Shown here piece by piece: positions 52,787 through 63,985 of a DNA stretch of 64,000 nt (positions are counted from its first letter, which is position 1; the number at the start of each line of letters is the position of its first letter). Source of the DNA: an uncultured Gammaproteobacteria bacterium (GTDB lineage Bacteria; Pseudomonadota; Gammaproteobacteria; CAWCPV01); NCBI GenBank assembly GCA_963797555.1, contig CAWCPV010000007.1, positions 288,001 to 352,000 of the forward strand. Reading direction: 5' to 3'. A program made the position numbers and the translations under genes. A model generated the notes under the pieces. That model did no database searches and was not told the origin of the DNA. It was given only the letters and a program-made list of their open reading frames with translations.

Positions 52787-55087
52787 GTGCGTTTGACGGC
52801 GGTAGCCTTCCTCGCGGGAGTGGTCCTCTTCGAGCAACTCAGGGACCTCCCGGATGCCCGCTGGGCCTGGCTCTTGCCGCCCCTGGTCGCGTTGGCCGTG
52901 AGCGGGCGGCGGCGTTCGGCAGGATGGTCAAGTGCGGTGTGGGTCAGCGCCGGTTTCCTGTGGGCGTTGTTCCGTGCCGACATGCTCCTGTCCCATCAGC
53001 TTCCCTCCGCTCTGGAAGGACGCGACCTGGTCGCGGAGGGGACCGTGGCGTCGGTACCCGTTCAGGAGGCCGCCCGGGACCTTCGTTTCGACCTCGCCGT
53101 GCGCACCTTGAGCTACCAGGGGACGGAGGTGTCCAACCCCGGCCGGGTGCGCCTCACCTGGGTCGGCGACGCGCCGAGCGTGACGGCGGGCGACGAGTGG
53201 CGGCTGACGGTGCGCCTCAAGCGTCCCCGCGGATTCATGAATCCCGGCGGCTTCGATTATGAGGCGTGGCTGCTGGAACACCGGCTGAGGGCGACCGGCT
53301 ATGTCCGCAGCGGCGGCGACAACCGGCTCCTGGCCTCTGTCTGGTGGTCGCGGCCCGTGGACAGGTTGCGCCAAAAAATAGGCGCCGCCATCGAGGCGGG
53401 TGTTCCGCAGAGTCCGTTCGTCGGGGTCCTGAAGGCCCTGGCTATCGGCGAGCGCGGAGACATCGGGGCAGACCAGTGGGAGGTGTTCCAGCGCACCGGG
53501 ACGGCGCATCTCGTGGCCATCTCGGGGCTGCACATCGGTCTGGTTGCGGGGATAGTGTTCTGGATCGCACGCTGGGCTTGGGTGATCCCGCGGCGCTTGC
53601 CGCTGCTCTGGCCCGCTCCGAAGGCGGCCGCTGCAGTCGCCCTGGGGGCAGCGCTGTTGTACGCGGCGCTGGCGGGGTTCTCGATCCCCACGCAGCGATC
53701 GCTGCTTATGCTCGCTGCGGTGCTGTCCGGACTCATTGCCGGGCGCCATGTGACGCCTACCCACCTGCTCGGCGGAGCACTCCTGCTGGTTCTGGCCTGG
53801 GACCCGTTCGCGGTTCTGTCCGGCGGCTTCTGGCTGTCCTTCGCGGCGGTGGCCGTCATCTTCTACGGCATGACCGGCCGCACTGGGCGCCCGCGCCTGT
53901 GGTGGCGTTGGGGCAGGGTGCAGTGGCTGGTCGCCCTCGGCCTTCTGCCGCTCAGCGTGTTCCTGTTCCAACGGGCCAGCGGGGTGAGCGTGGCGGCCAA
54001 CCTGGTCGCGATACCCTGGGTGGGCTTCGTGGTGGTGCCGATGACCTTGCTGGCGAGCGCCCTCACGCTGCTGGCGCCGGCGTTCGCCGTGTGGCCGCTG
54101 TCCGTCGCGGACCACGCCATGGCGTGGCTGTGGGCGGTGCTGCGACCCCTGGCGGGGCTCACCTGGGTGCAGTGGGTGCAGCCCAGCCCCCCCGCCTGGA
54201 CGGTCGCGGCCGCTACCGTGGGCCTGCTATGGCTGCTGGCACCGCGCGGGGTCCCGGCGCGTTGGGTGGGAGCCCTGTGGCTGTTACCGCTGGTGCTTTT
54301 CCAGCCGGGTCGGCCGGCGCCGGGGGACCTGGAACTCACGGTGCTGGATGTCGGGCAAGGGCTGGCCGCGGTGGTACGGACGCACGATCATGCGCTGGTC
54401 TACGATGCGGGGCCCCGTTACGGTCCGAACTTCGATGCCGGTAGCGCCGTCGTGGTGCCGTACCTGCGCCATGCAGGCGTGAAACGGGTGGACCTCTTGG
54501 TGTTGAGCCACGGGGACAGCGACCACGTGGGGGGTGCGGCCTCCCTGGTCGGCGGGGTGCCGGTGAGCGGCATCCTGACCAGCGCCCCGGATGCCGCTCC
54601 AGGCTCGAGGCCCACGGTGTGCGCCGCAGGTCAACTGTGGCACTGGGACGACGTGACCTTCCGGGTGCTCCACCCGCCACGCGGATCGGCGCTGCGGGAC
54701 AACGACGCGTCTTGCGTGCTCTACGTCGAGTCGAGTCGGGCGAGCGTGATTCTCCCCGGTGACATCGGTGCCGCGGTGGAGACAGCTCTGGCAAGTGACG
54801 GCCAACTGCACCGCACCACGGTCGTGATCGCACCCCACCACGGCAGCAGCAAATCCTCCACGTCGGCGTTTGTCGCGGCGCTCCAGCCCCAGTGGGCGCT
54901 GTTCTCGGCGGGCTACCGCAATCGCTTCGGCTTCCCCAAGCGTGCGGTCGTGCGTCGCTACCGGGACAACGGTGCGCGAGTGCTGGATACGGCCACGGAA
55001 GGCGCGATCACGATGCGCTGGGAGGGCGAGCGGCTGTCCGTCGACAGTTTCCGCCGGTCGGGGCGCCACTGGTGGACCAGTCGCTAG
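52787..55087 (+). CDS. comEC: Competence protein ComEC/Rec2
   Basis: NPGGFDYE, HLVAISGLHIG, DVGQG, SHGDSDH, PHHGS. Confidence 0.95.
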   Translation: MRLTAVAFLAGVVLFEQLRDLPDARWAWLLPPLVALAVSGRRRSAGWSSAVWVSAGFLWALFRADMLLSHQLPSALEGRDLVAEGTVASVPVQEAARDLRFDLAVRTLSYQGTEVSNPGRVRLTWVGDAPSVTAGDEWRLTVRLKRPRGFMNPGGFDYEAWLLEHRLRATGYVRSGGDNRLLASVWWSRPVDRLRQKIGAAIEAGVPQSPFVGVLKALAIGERGDIGADQWEVFQRTGTAHLVAISGLHIGLVAGIVFWIARWAWVIPRRLPLLWPAPKAAAAVALGAALLYAALAGFSIPTQRSLLMLAAVLSGLIAGRHVTPTHLLGGALLLVLAWDPFAVLSGGFWLSFAAVAVIFYGMTGRTGRPRLWWRWGRVQWLVALGLLPLSVFLFQRASGVSVAANLVAIPWVGFVVVPMTLLASALTLLAPAFAVWPLSVADHAMAWLWAVLRPLAGLTWVQWVQPSPPAWTVAAATVGLLWLLAPRGVPARWVGALWLLPLVLFQPGRPAPGDLELTVLDVGQGLAAVVRTHDHALVYDAGPRYGPNFDAGSAVVVPYLRHAGVKRVDLLVLSHGDSDHVGGAASLVGGVPVSGILTSAPDAAPGSRPTVCAAGQLWHWDDVTFRVLHPPRGSALRDNDASCVLYVESSRASVILPGDIGAAVETALASDGQLHRTTVVIAPHHGSSKSSTSAFVAALQPQWALFSAGYRNRFGFPKRAVVRRYRDNGARVLDTATEGAITMRWEGERLSVDSFRRSGRHWWTSR

Positions 55088-55180
55088 CGCGGCGGCCCCG
55101 CAGGTCGCCGCCTTGCGTTTGGGTGTGCGTTTGTTAGAGTAGGCGCTTCCGCGAGGCGACTAGCAGAGGCATCACGGCGC

Positions 55181-55810
55181 ATGTTCGAGTTCATTCGGGC
55201 CGGCGGCTGGGTCATGTGGCCCATTCTGGCGTGCTCGGTCGTCGCTCTGGCCATCATCCTGGAGCGCCTCTGGACATTGCGCATGCGCCGCGTCTGCCCG
55301 CCGCGGGTGCGCAGCCAGCTTTGGCGTTGGATACGGCATCGTCAGCTCGACAGCGTCAAGATCGTCTGGTTGCGCGACAGCTCGCCGCTGGGGAAAGTCC
55401 TGGCGGCGGGACTGATCAACGCCAGCCATAGCCGCGAGGTCATGAAAGAGAGCATCGAGGAGACCGGGCGTCATGTCGTCCACGGGTTGGAACGATACCT
55501 GAACACCCTCGGCACCATCTCAGCGGTATCGCCCTTGCTGGGGCTCCTCGGAACGGTGATTGGCATGATGCGGGTGTTCGATGCCATCGCCGCCGTCGGG
55601 GTGGGGAATCCGCGCGACCTGGCCCCCGGCATCGCGACTGCCCTGATTACCACCATCGCGGGGCTGTGCGTGGCGATCCCGAGCCTGATCTTCTATCGCT
55701 ACTTCCGCGGACGCGTCGACGAGCTGGTGATTGCGATGGAGCGCGAGGCGCTGCGGATGGTGGAGGTACTGCACGGGGAGCGCGAGCAGAACGGGGAGGG
55801 CGAGGCGTGA
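55181..55810 (+). CDS. exbB: MotA/TolQ/ExbB family protein
   Basis: PLLGLLGTVIGM, GIATALITT. Confidence 0.88.
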   Translation: MFEFIRAGGWVMWPILACSVVALAIILERLWTLRMRRVCPPRVRSQLWRWIRHRQLDSVKIVWLRDSSPLGKVLAAGLINASHSREVMKESIEETGRHVVHGLERYLNTLGTISAVSPLLGLLGTVIGMMRVFDAIAAVGVGNPRDLAPGIATALITTIAGLCVAIPSLIFYRYFRGRVDELVIAMEREALRMVEVLHGEREQNGEGEA

Positions 55811-56226
55811 ACCTCCGAGGCTCGCGGCAGACGGAGGGTCCGGATATAATCCTCACCCCGCTCATCGACACCATGTTCCTGCTGGTGATCTTCTTCATGC
55901 TCTCCGCCACCTTCAGCCGCCAATCGGAGATCAGTGTCGAGCTGCCGGAGGCGAGCGCAAAGCCCCGCGCGGAGGAGAGCCCCCACACGGTGGAGATCGT
56001 CATCGACGCCCAAGGTCACTATTACATGAGCGGCCACCGGCTTCAGGATGAAAGCCTGGCGGCTCTGAGAACAGCCCTCACGCAGGCGGCTGGAACGGGC
56101 GACCGACCACCGCTGATCGTCAGTGCGGACGCGAGGACCCCCCACGGGGCCGTGGTCACCGCAATGGACGCCGCCCAGCAGACGGGCTTCCTCCATCTCT
56201 CTATCGCCACCAGCCAGCGGCCATAG
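55807..56226 (+). CDS. exbD: ExbD/TolR family protein
   Basis: LTPLIDTMFLLVIFFM, ADARTPHGAVVTAMD. Confidence 0.88.
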   Translation: MNLRGSRQTEGPDIILTPLIDTMFLLVIFFMLSATFSRQSEISVELPEASAKPRAEESPHTVEIVIDAQGHYYMSGHRLQDESLAALRTALTQAAGTGDRPPLIVSADARTPHGAVVTAMDAAQQTGFLHLSIATSQRP

Positions 56227-56634
56227 GCTGCTTTTGGTGCGGCGTATGGCGGCCCGCGGCCGTTCGCTCACCAACCGTGTCCTCTCCCGGCCGTGCCCTA
56301 GCCGGCGATTCCGAAGTGCCCGAGGGCGTGTCCGAAGTGTGGTGGCTCCCGCGTGTACGGGTGCTGGCGCCTGTTGCGGCTGCCCGCCGCTTGGTGGGCT
56401 GTGCGGCAAGCTGGCGTTAAGGGTGGACGAATCGCGCGGGCCGACGGCGGTCGCTGTCTCCGTCAGTGGAGCCCACCTCCTGTCAGCCGCTCGAAGGGGC
56501 GTCCCGGCGGTCGGCAGGCGTGTATGGACCGGGGAATTCAGGTGCGGCAGCGGGCGGACAGAGGCGTCGCCTGTTCTGGGAGAGTGCCGGCGGGGCGGCG
56601 CGACCGTGGAAGACTTCCTGGGGCGCGTCTACGA

Positions 56635-57666
56635 TTGTTGAGTCGTGACCTCGAGGATCTGTGGTACGGTGCCAGCCCCCTGGCCTGGCTGTTGTTGCCG
56701 CTGTCCGGTGCTTTCTGTCTGGCGGTCGGCGTCAGGCGTCTGGCCTACCGGCGGGGCTGGTTGCGGCGGGTGAGGCTGGCGGTGCCGGTGGTCGTGGTGG
56801 GCAACATTGTGGTCGGGGGTACGGGCAAGACGCCGCTGGTGGCCTGGCTCGCCCGATATCTGGCCGAGGAGCGCTGGCGGCCGGGCGTCGTGAGCCGCGG
56901 CTATGGGGGCCGTTCTCGCCACTGGCCGCGGGAGGTCCACGCGGACAGCGATCCTGCCGAGGTGGGCGACGAGCCGGTGCTCCTCGCCAGGCGCTGCGGC
57001 TGCCCGGTGGCTGTCGGTCCCGACCGGGTCGCGTCCGCCCAGCACTTGGTGCAGGCACGGGAGTGCAACCTGATCCTGTCCGACGACGGCTTACAGCATT
57101 ATGCTCTGGAGCGCCAGGTGGAGGTGGCGGTGATCGACGGCGTACGGCGGCTGGGAAACGGACACTGCTTGCCCGCCGGCCCATTGCGCGAGCCTGCGTC
57201 GCGCCTGCAGTGGCCGGGGCTCATCCGAGTATGCAACGGGGGCACCCCCGCTGCGGGCGAGCTGATCATGCGCATGCGGGCGGGACCTCTGTGGAGCTTG
57301 ATCTCTCCGCAGACCACCCGCCCGCTCTCGGCGTTCCGAGGGCAGGAAGTGCACGCCGTCGCCGCCATCGCTCACCCCCAGCGGTTCTTCACGGTGTTGG
57401 CGGATGCAGGACTGCGCGTGCGCTCTCATGCCTTCCGCGACCACCACCGCTTTCGCCAGACAGACATTGAATTCCCGGACCGGCTGCCGGTGCTGATGAC
57501 CGAGAAGGATGCGGTAAAATGCTCAGGGTTCGCCGCCCCTGGCTACTGGGTGCTTCCTGTGGAGGCGGTGCCGGAGGGATCTCTTCGAGAGGTCGTGGCG
57601 GAGCGCCTGCGCGCCTGGCGTGAAGAGGCGGGAACGAGCCGCCGAGAGCTTGTGAGACAACCGTAG
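56635..57666 (+). CDS. lpxK: Tetraacyldisaccharide 4'-kinase
   Basis: VGNIVVGGTGKTP, SRGYG, DDGLQH, MTEKDAVK. Confidence 0.96.
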   Translation: MLSRDLEDLWYGASPLAWLLLPLSGAFCLAVGVRRLAYRRGWLRRVRLAVPVVVVGNIVVGGTGKTPLVAWLARYLAEERWRPGVVSRGYGGRSRHWPREVHADSDPAEVGDEPVLLARRCGCPVAVGPDRVASAQHLVQARECNLILSDDGLQHYALERQVEVAVIDGVRRLGNGHCLPAGPLREPASRLQWPGLIRVCNGGTPAAGELIMRMRAGPLWSLISPQTTRPLSAFRGQEVHAVAAIAHPQRFFTVLADAGLRVRSHAFRDHHRFRQTDIEFPDRLPVLMTEKDAVKCSGFAAPGYWVLPVEAVPEGSLREVVAERLRAWREEAGTSRRELVRQP

Positions 57667-57816
57667 GGCGGTATCGATCCTGCACAGGCCGGATGAACCG
57701 AGCCTATGGATCGACGGGTCATGGGCCGTGATGAGCGAGCGGCGGCGGCCACGCCGGTCCGTGCACCCGCTCTGATGTCTGCGTTGGACATGCCGCGGGG
57801 CGTCCCCGGCTAGGAG

Positions 57817-58002
57817 GTGCCTGTGGATAGGAGGCTGCTGGACATTCTCGTGTGCCCCCTCTGTAAGGGCCCCCTGGTGTACAAGAAGGCGGAGCAGGAG
57901 CTCATCTGCAAGGCGTGCCGCCTGGCCTATCCGATTCGGGACGATATCCCCGTGATGCTCGAGGATGAGGCGCGATCGCTCGCGGCCGAGGAAGAGGTCT
58001 GA
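57817..58002 (+). CDS. ycaR: Trm112-family protein YcaR
   Basis: [12 protein letters not shown]...[12 protein letters not shown]. Confidence 0.92.
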   Translation: MPVDRRLLDILVCPLCKGPLVYKKAEQELICKACRLAYPIRDDIPVMLEDEARSLAAEEEV

Positions 58003-58773
58003 TTGTCGTTTGACGTCATCATCCCCGCCCGCTACGGGTCGACGCGCCTGCCCGGCAAGCCGCTGCGGTTGATCGCCGGAAAACCCATGGTACAGCACGC
58101 CATCGAGCGAGCGGTGGCGAGCGGTGCCGACGCCGTGTGGGTGGCCACCGACGACGAGCGCATACGCACGGCGGCAATCGCCGCAGGGGTGCAAGTGTGC
58201 ATGACCTCCCGCGATCATCGGTCCGGTACCGAGCGCCTGGCGGAAGCGGTGCGCACGCTGGGACACGCCGACGAGGCCGTGGTGGTCAATCTCCAGGGAG
58301 ACGAGCCGCTCATGCCGCCGCGCTTACTGCGCCAGGTGGCCGAGGACCTCGACGCCAACCCCGCGGCGGCGATGTCGACCCTGTGCATGCCGATCACGGC
58401 GGCCGGGGACTTGTTCGACCCGAACGTGGTCAAGGTCGTCATGGACGCCTCGGGTCTTGCGTTGTACTTCAGCCGTGCGCCTATCCCGTGGCACCGCGAC
58501 GGGTTTCGCGATGATCGCACGGCACTGCCGGGAGGCGTCCGCTGGTACCGCCACCTCGGGTTGTACGCTTACCGTGTCGGTTTCTTGAAGGCAGCAGCCA
58601 GTTGGCCTTGCCCTGCGATCGAGCAAGCGGAAGCGTTGGAGCAGCTCAGGGCGCTTTGGCACGGTGTCAAGATCCGGGTCTCGATGGCGTTGGAGCCTTG
58701 TCCTCCGGGGGTCGACACGGAGGCCGATCTGTCCCGGGCGGAGACTTTCCTGTCACACGTCGCTGATGTCTAG
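58003..58773 (+). CDS. kdsB: 3-deoxy-manno-octulosonate cytidylyltransferase
   Basis: IPARYGSTRLPGKPL, NLQGDEP, LEQLRAL. Confidence 0.97.
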   Translation: MSFDVIIPARYGSTRLPGKPLRLIAGKPMVQHAIERAVASGADAVWVATDDERIRTAAIAAGVQVCMTSRDHRSGTERLAEAVRTLGHADEAVVVNLQGDEPLMPPRLLRQVAEDLDANPAAAMSTLCMPITAAGDLFDPNVVKVVMDASGLALYFSRAPIPWHRDGFRDDRTALPGGVRWYRHLGLYAYRVGFLKAAASWPCPAIEQAEALEQLRALWHGVKIRVSMALEPCPPGVDTEADLSRAETFLSHVADV

Positions 58774-59022
58774 CTGCAGGAAGTCCGCAGTGGGCTGTCG
58801 GCGCTCGGCGTCCCAAACGGGCAGTACCACGGTGCGCGGCACCAGGCGATGCGGGTCTCCGAACTGGTCGTTTTGCAGGGCCAGGTGACTGTCACAATCC
58901 CTCAGTACCAGGCTCGGTCCATCTTCCAGGACATCCACGACCAACCACAGAGTGCCTCGATGGCGTACATGATGCCCTACGAAGCCCCGCAGCTCTTCTT
59001 GGGAGAGCGCCGAATCCTTCAT
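58753..59022 (-). CDS. Hypothetical protein
   Basis: 89-aa ORF filling the gap, with a plausible globular composition. Confidence 0.6.
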   Translation of the reverse strand: MKDSALSQEELRGFVGHHVRHRGTLWLVVDVLEDGPSLVLRDCDSHLALQNDQFGDPHRLVPRTVVLPVWDAERRQPTADFLQLDISDV

Positions 59023-59072
59023 GGCGGCATTATGGTGGGCGCCGGGATGCCAGGAAAGCGCCGGAGGGATCG

Positions 59073-59558
59073 ATGATCCGAGTACTGTTCGTATGCACAG
59101 GGAATGTCTGCCGCTCACCCATGGCGCGTGGCGTGCTCGAGCGCGTGCTCGATCGAGCGGGTCTGATGGGTCGCGTGGAGGTGGACGCGGCCGGCACCCA
59201 CACTTTTCATCTCGATGCGCCGCCGGACCCTCGGGCGCAAGAGGCCATGGCGCGCCGCGGTATCGACATCAGTGGCCACCGTGCGCGCCGGTTGGCGCCG
59301 AAGGACTTTCAGCGCTTCGATTACATGCTCGCCATGGACCAGGACAATTACCGCTTCCTGCAGGAGTCACGCACCCCCAGCGCCGAGACGGTGATCCGGC
59401 TATTCATGGAGTATGCCCCGCACTTCCGCATGCTCGAAATCCCTGACCCTTACTACGGGTCCGGCTGGTGGTTCGACCGCGTTCTGGATATGATCGACGC
59501 GGCCGCGGAGGGTCTCTTGGCGGAGTTGCGGGAGCGTCTGGACCGGGAGCAGGGCTGA
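59073..59558 (+). CDS. Low-molecular-weight protein-tyrosine phosphatase
   Basis: VCTGNVCRS, DPYYG. Confidence 0.95.
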   Translation: MIRVLFVCTGNVCRSPMARGVLERVLDRAGLMGRVEVDAAGTHTFHLDAPPDPRAQEAMARRGIDISGHRARRLAPKDFQRFDYMLAMDQDNYRFLQESRTPSAETVIRLFMEYAPHFRMLEIPDPYYGSGWWFDRVLDMIDAAAEGLLAELRERLDREQG

Positions 59559-59591
59559 TCCGGCGGCAGGGGAATACCGGGTACCGAATGC

Positions 59592-60335
59592 TCAGGGGGA
59601 CAGCGCGCTTTGTCGCGCGACTGCCTCCTCGGCTTTGCGGACGGCGTCCAGATCCCCGAGATAATAGTGGTCGACCGGGCTCAATGCGTCGTCGAACTCA
59701 TAGACGAGGGGGATACCGGTGGGGATGTTGACGTCGTTGATGGCCTCCTCGGAAATCCGGTCCAGGTGCTTGACCAGAGCCCGAATGGTGTTTCCGTGGG
59801 CGGACACCAGGATGCGCCTGCCGGCCCGCAGCTCTTCGACCAGCACTTCATGCCAGTATGGCAGGAACCGATCGAACGTGTCCTTGAGGGACTCGCTCGC
59901 TGGAGGCTCGGCGATTCCCGCGTAACGACGGTCGAGCCGCGCATGGCGGGGGTCGTCAGGGGCGAGCGCCGGCGGGGGTGTCGCATAGCTGCGCCGCCAT
60001 ATCTGCACCTGTTCCGGGCCGAACTTCTGGGCCGTCTCGCGCTTGTCGAGCCCCTGCAGCGCCCCATAGTGGCGTTCGTTGAGTCGCCAGTGGCGGTGCA
60101 CGGGCAGCCACATCCGGTCGATTCCATCCAGCACGATCCAGAGGGTCCGGATGGCGCGTTTCAGCACCGAGGTGTAGGCCACGTCGAAATCCAGATCGGC
60201 CTCGGCGATCAGTTGTGCCGCACTATGGGCTTCCTGCATACCCCACTCGGAGAGATCGACATCGGTCCAGCCGGTGAAGCGGTTCTCCAGATTCCAGATA
60301 CTCTGACCGTGGCGCAGCAGTACGAGCTTGGTCAT
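59592..60335 (-). CDS. gpmA: 2,3-BPG-dependent phosphoglycerate mutase
   Basis: [31 protein letters not shown]. Confidence 0.97.
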   Translation of the reverse strand: MTKLVLLRHGQSIWNLENRFTGWTDVDLSEWGMQEAHSAAQLIAEADLDFDVAYTSVLKRAIRTLWIVLDGIDRMWLPVHRHWRLNERHYGALQGLDKRETAQKFGPEQVQIWRRSYATPPPALAPDDPRHARLDRRYAGIAEPPASESLKDTFDRFLPYWHEVLVEELRAGRRILVSAHGNTIRALVKHLDRISEEAINDVNIPTGIPLVYEFDDALSPVDHYYLGDLDAVRKAEEAVARQSALSP

Positions 60336-60356
60336 GGTTGTTCTCCCCTGGGACTG

Positions 60357-62763
60357 CTACGCGTTTCCGGCGGAGTGCGTGTCACCAGTCTCCGCCACGG
60401 CGGGCTCCTCGGAGGGTGCCCCCTCCGCGGCTGCTCCGACTCCCGCTGCCCCTCTGTCATCGGCAGCCTTCGCAGCAGCGCTCCGACCGCCGCCACTCTT
60501 GCGTCGCCGTGGCGGTCGGCGGCGAGCCGGCTTGGCGGCGTGGGAAGGACGTTCGACCGAGCCGGCCTCGCCCTCCGCGGCAGCCTCCCGGGGGCGCTCG
60601 CCTTCCTCCGGCACCTGAGTCGGGCGGTCTACTAGGTCGGGTGGGGGCCGTGCCTTCGCGCCGAGCGCCGTGTCCCGCCCGCGTTCTGCAGTCGTGTCCT
60701 CGGGAGTAGCGGTCTCCGCAAGCGCTGGCGGTGGCTCGTGACGGGAACTCTCGGCAGGCTGCGGTGCTGTCTGCTGAGCGCCGACGAGCGGTGTGCCGAC
60801 GGATTGCGGCGAATTCGCCTCCCAAGCCGCTTCTCCGGCTGCTGAGGCCGCTGCCGGCTCCGGCCTGCGACGATGATGCTGTTCCCGGGTCGCAGCGGGC
60901 GGTGCGCCCCCTCCCTCCGGGGGAGCGGCACCGCGTTTTTCTGGCCGACCGCTGCCGCGGCGAGCGCGGCCGCGCCGCCCGGAGGCACCCGCGTGAGGAT
61001 GGGCGCGTGGGCGGGTCGAGTGAGTGACCGCCCGGCTCCGCAACTCGGACTCGGGCTCCGCACCGGAGGTTCCGAACAAGGACGCCCAAAGCCTGCGGAT
61101 GAATCCGGGGGTTGGCTTGTCCGGTGCTGACGTTGTTTCCCTCGGAGGCGGGGCGGGGGCCGCCGGCGTGATATCCTTGACAATCGGCTCCGGCAGCACA
61201 GGCTGGGCGGTGAGCGGGAGAGGCTCGGTAGCCTCTTCCGGCGGTGTGGTCAGCTCGTAGCTCGGTACCTCGCTCGAGGCTTCAACGTCGTCCAGACGGA
61301 CACGCTGCAAGCGGTAATGGGGCGTGTCCAGACCGGGGTCCGGTACGAGGACAACCGAGAATCCCGTGCTGCGCTTCGATACGTTCCAGGACGCCTCGCT
61401 TTTCGTTCAGCAGGTACGTGGCCGTGCTCACGGGGAGCTGCGCGATGACGCGCCCGGTGCGGTCTTTGATAGCCTCCTCTTGGAGCAGGCGGAGCACGGA
61501 GAGGGCAAGGGACTCCACGGTGCGGATATGACCCTCACCCTCGCAACGCGGGCAGACGGTGTGACTGCTCTCCCCGAGGGACGTTCCGAGCCGCTGGCGG
61601 GACATCTCCAGGAGACCGAAACGCGAGATGTGGCCCACCTGCACTCGGGCTCGGTCAGCCTTGAGGGCCTCTCGCAGATGGTTCTCGACCTGCCGCTGGT
61701 TTCGGGCCGCGGCCATGTCGATGAAGTCGATGACGATCAGGCCGCCGAGATCCCTCAGACGGAGCTGGCGCGCGATCTCATCTGCCGCCTCGAGGTTGGT
61801 GTTGAGCGCCGTCTCCTCGATGTCGCCACCCTTGGTGGCCCGTCCGGAGTTGACGTCGATGGCCACCATGGCTTCGGCGCGGTCGATCACTACTGCGCCG
61901 CCCGAGGAAAGCGGGACTTGGCGCTGGAACACGGTCTCGATCTGGCTCTCGATCTGGAACCGCGTGAACAGGGGCACGCGGTCCCGGTGCAGCTTGATGC
62001 GGCTGAGGTTCTGGGGAAGGACCTTTTGGGTGAATTCTCGAGCCTGCTGATATACCCCTTCGTCGTCGATGAGGACCTCGTTGATGTCCGGACGCAGGTA
62101 GTCGCGGATGGCCCTGACCACCATGCTGCTTTCCTGGTAAATCAGGGCGGGAGACTTGGCCTCGGCGTTCGCCCGCTCGATCGCTCCCCACAGGTGGAGC
62201 AGGTAATCGAGGTCCCATTGCAGCTCTTCCGGCGTCTTCCCAAGCCCGGCGGTGCGCACGATCAGCCCCATGCCTTCGGGGATGTTGAGCACGCTCAGCG
62301 CTTCTCTCAGCTCATTGCGCTCCGGGCCTTCGATGCGCCTTGAGATACCTCCCGCACGCGGGTTGTTGGGCATCAGCACCAGGTAACGCCCGGGCAGGGT
62401 GACGAAGGTTGTCAGAGCGGCCCCCTTCGTGCCTCGCTCCTCCTTCTCGACCTGAACGAGCAACTCCTGACTTTCCCTCAGGACATCCTTGATGGTGGGG
62501 CGACCGCTCGTCTCTTCCGGGGGGGCGCTGAAGTAGCTGCGCGCCACCTCCTTGAAGGGCAGGAAGCCGTGACGCTCGGACCCATAGTCGACGAATGCCG
62601 CTTCGAGGCTAGGCTCGATGCGGGTGATGGTGCCCTTGTAAATATTGGATTTCTTTTGTCCGCTGGACCGGGCCTCGATGTCGAGATCGGTCAACCGCTG
62701 GCCATCCACGATGGCCACGCGCAACTCCTCGCGCTGCGTTGCGTTGATAAGCATGCGCTTCAT
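60357..62763 (-). CDS. rne: Ribonuclease E; apparent frameshift near 61355
   Basis: [11 protein letters not shown]1 domain, IDVNSG, DFIDM, CPRC; disordered C-terminal half with membrane-targeting [11 protein letters not shown]. Confidence 0.96.
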
Positions 62764-63028
62764 AAGTCGTCATCTCGGTAGGGCTCAACCAACCCCGGGC
62801 GGCGTGCGGCGAGTGGCCTCCCCGGAAATCCTGGTCCACGCTCGACGCCCGGTCTGGGAGCTCGGTTATTCGTTTGCCCGTCGCTGTGAAGGTGGGGATC
62901 TGCCTCCGCGACCCCAATGACCGTCCGTCTCGGGCAGGCGGTGCAAGACGGTCATCTGCATGTTTGCACGGAAGAATACTATATCAGCGTTGGTCAGGAG
63001 CGACAAACTTCGGCTACACTCTGTGCAC

Positions 63029-63985
63029 GTGAGCGAAGGGTACGGCAGTCAGGTCCAGCGCATGGAGGTCGATGCACAGCACGCGGGCCAACGCATCGAC
63101 AATTTCCTGATCACGCACCTGAAAGGGGTTCCGCGCAGCCATATTTATCGGCTGCTGCGCCGCGGCGAGGTGCGCGTCAACAGCGGTCGCGTGAAGGCCG
63201 CCTATCGGCTGCAAGCGGGCGACCGGCTGCGGATTGCGCCGGTGCGCCGCGAAGTCAGGGAGGCGGCTGTCGGGCCGGCCGGACTGGGGTGGCTGGAGGC
63301 GCGCATTCTGTTCGAGGACGAATCGCTGCTCGTGCTCGACAAGCCCGCCGGAATGGCGGTGCACGGCGGCAGCGGGCAGAGCTACGGACTCATAGAGGCG
63401 TTGCGGGCGCTGCGCGCGCGGGCAGATTTGGAGCTGGTACACCGCCTGGACCGGGAAACCTCGGGGTGTCTGCTCGTCTCCAAGCGGCGCAGCCTGTTGC
63501 GGGCGCTGCATGAGATGCTGCGGGAGGGGCGGGTGGAGAAGCGCTACGTCGCGCTGGTGGAAGGACCCTGGCGGGGCGGATCGCGGACGGTGGAAGCGGC
63601 TCTGCAGAAGAACGTGCTGCGTTCGGGGGAACGGGTAGTGCGGACGAGTCCCGAAGGGAAGACGGCTCGCAGCGTCTTCTATCCGGTGCGGAGGGTTCGC
63701 CGGGCGACCCTGATGCATGTAGCGCTCCTCACCGGTCGTACCCACCAGATCCGCGTGCATGCGTCCCATATCGGGCACCCGGTGGCCGGTGACGACAAGT
63801 ATGGCTCGGCGCCGTTCAACGCGGCCCTGAAGGCGCATGGCCTGAAGCGACTGTTCCTCCATGCCGAGCGGGTAGCCTTCCGACGGCCGGATGTCGGGGA
63901 GACGGCGGAGTTCTGCGCGCCCCTTCCCGAGGACCTGGGGCGGGTGCTCGCTGCGCTCGATCCAGATGCGGGAAACCCCGAATGA
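63029..63985 (+). CDS. rluC: 23S rRNA pseudouridine synthase RluC
   Basis: S4 domain, HRLDRETSG, GRTHQIRVH; divergent from rne. Confidence 0.95.
   Translation: MSEGYGSQVQRMEVDAQHAGQRIDNFLITHLKGVPRSHIYRLLRRGEVRVNSGRVKAAYRLQAGDRLRIAPVRREVREAAVGPAGLGWLEARILFEDESLLVLDKPAGMAVHGGSGQSYGLIEALRALRARADLELVHRLDRETSGCLLVSKRRSLLRALHEMLREGRVEKRYVALVEGPWRGGSRTVEAALQKNVLRSGERVVRTSPEGKTARSVFYPVRRVRRATLMHVALLTGRTHQIRVHASHIGHPVAGDDKYGSAPFNAALKAHGLKRLFLHAERVAFRRPDVGETAEFCAPLPEDLGRVLAALDPDAGNPE

Noticed and set aside
530-62763. Frameshifts in dnaB, PilZ, trpB2, aguB, rne and the TerY-P genes as pseudogenisation or programmed frameshifting
   Set aside because: They hit essential genes, are isolated single-base indels with otherwise conserved coding sequence, and lack consistent slippery sites. 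Long-read error is the simplest explanation, though real decay of the TerY-P block cannot be excluded.
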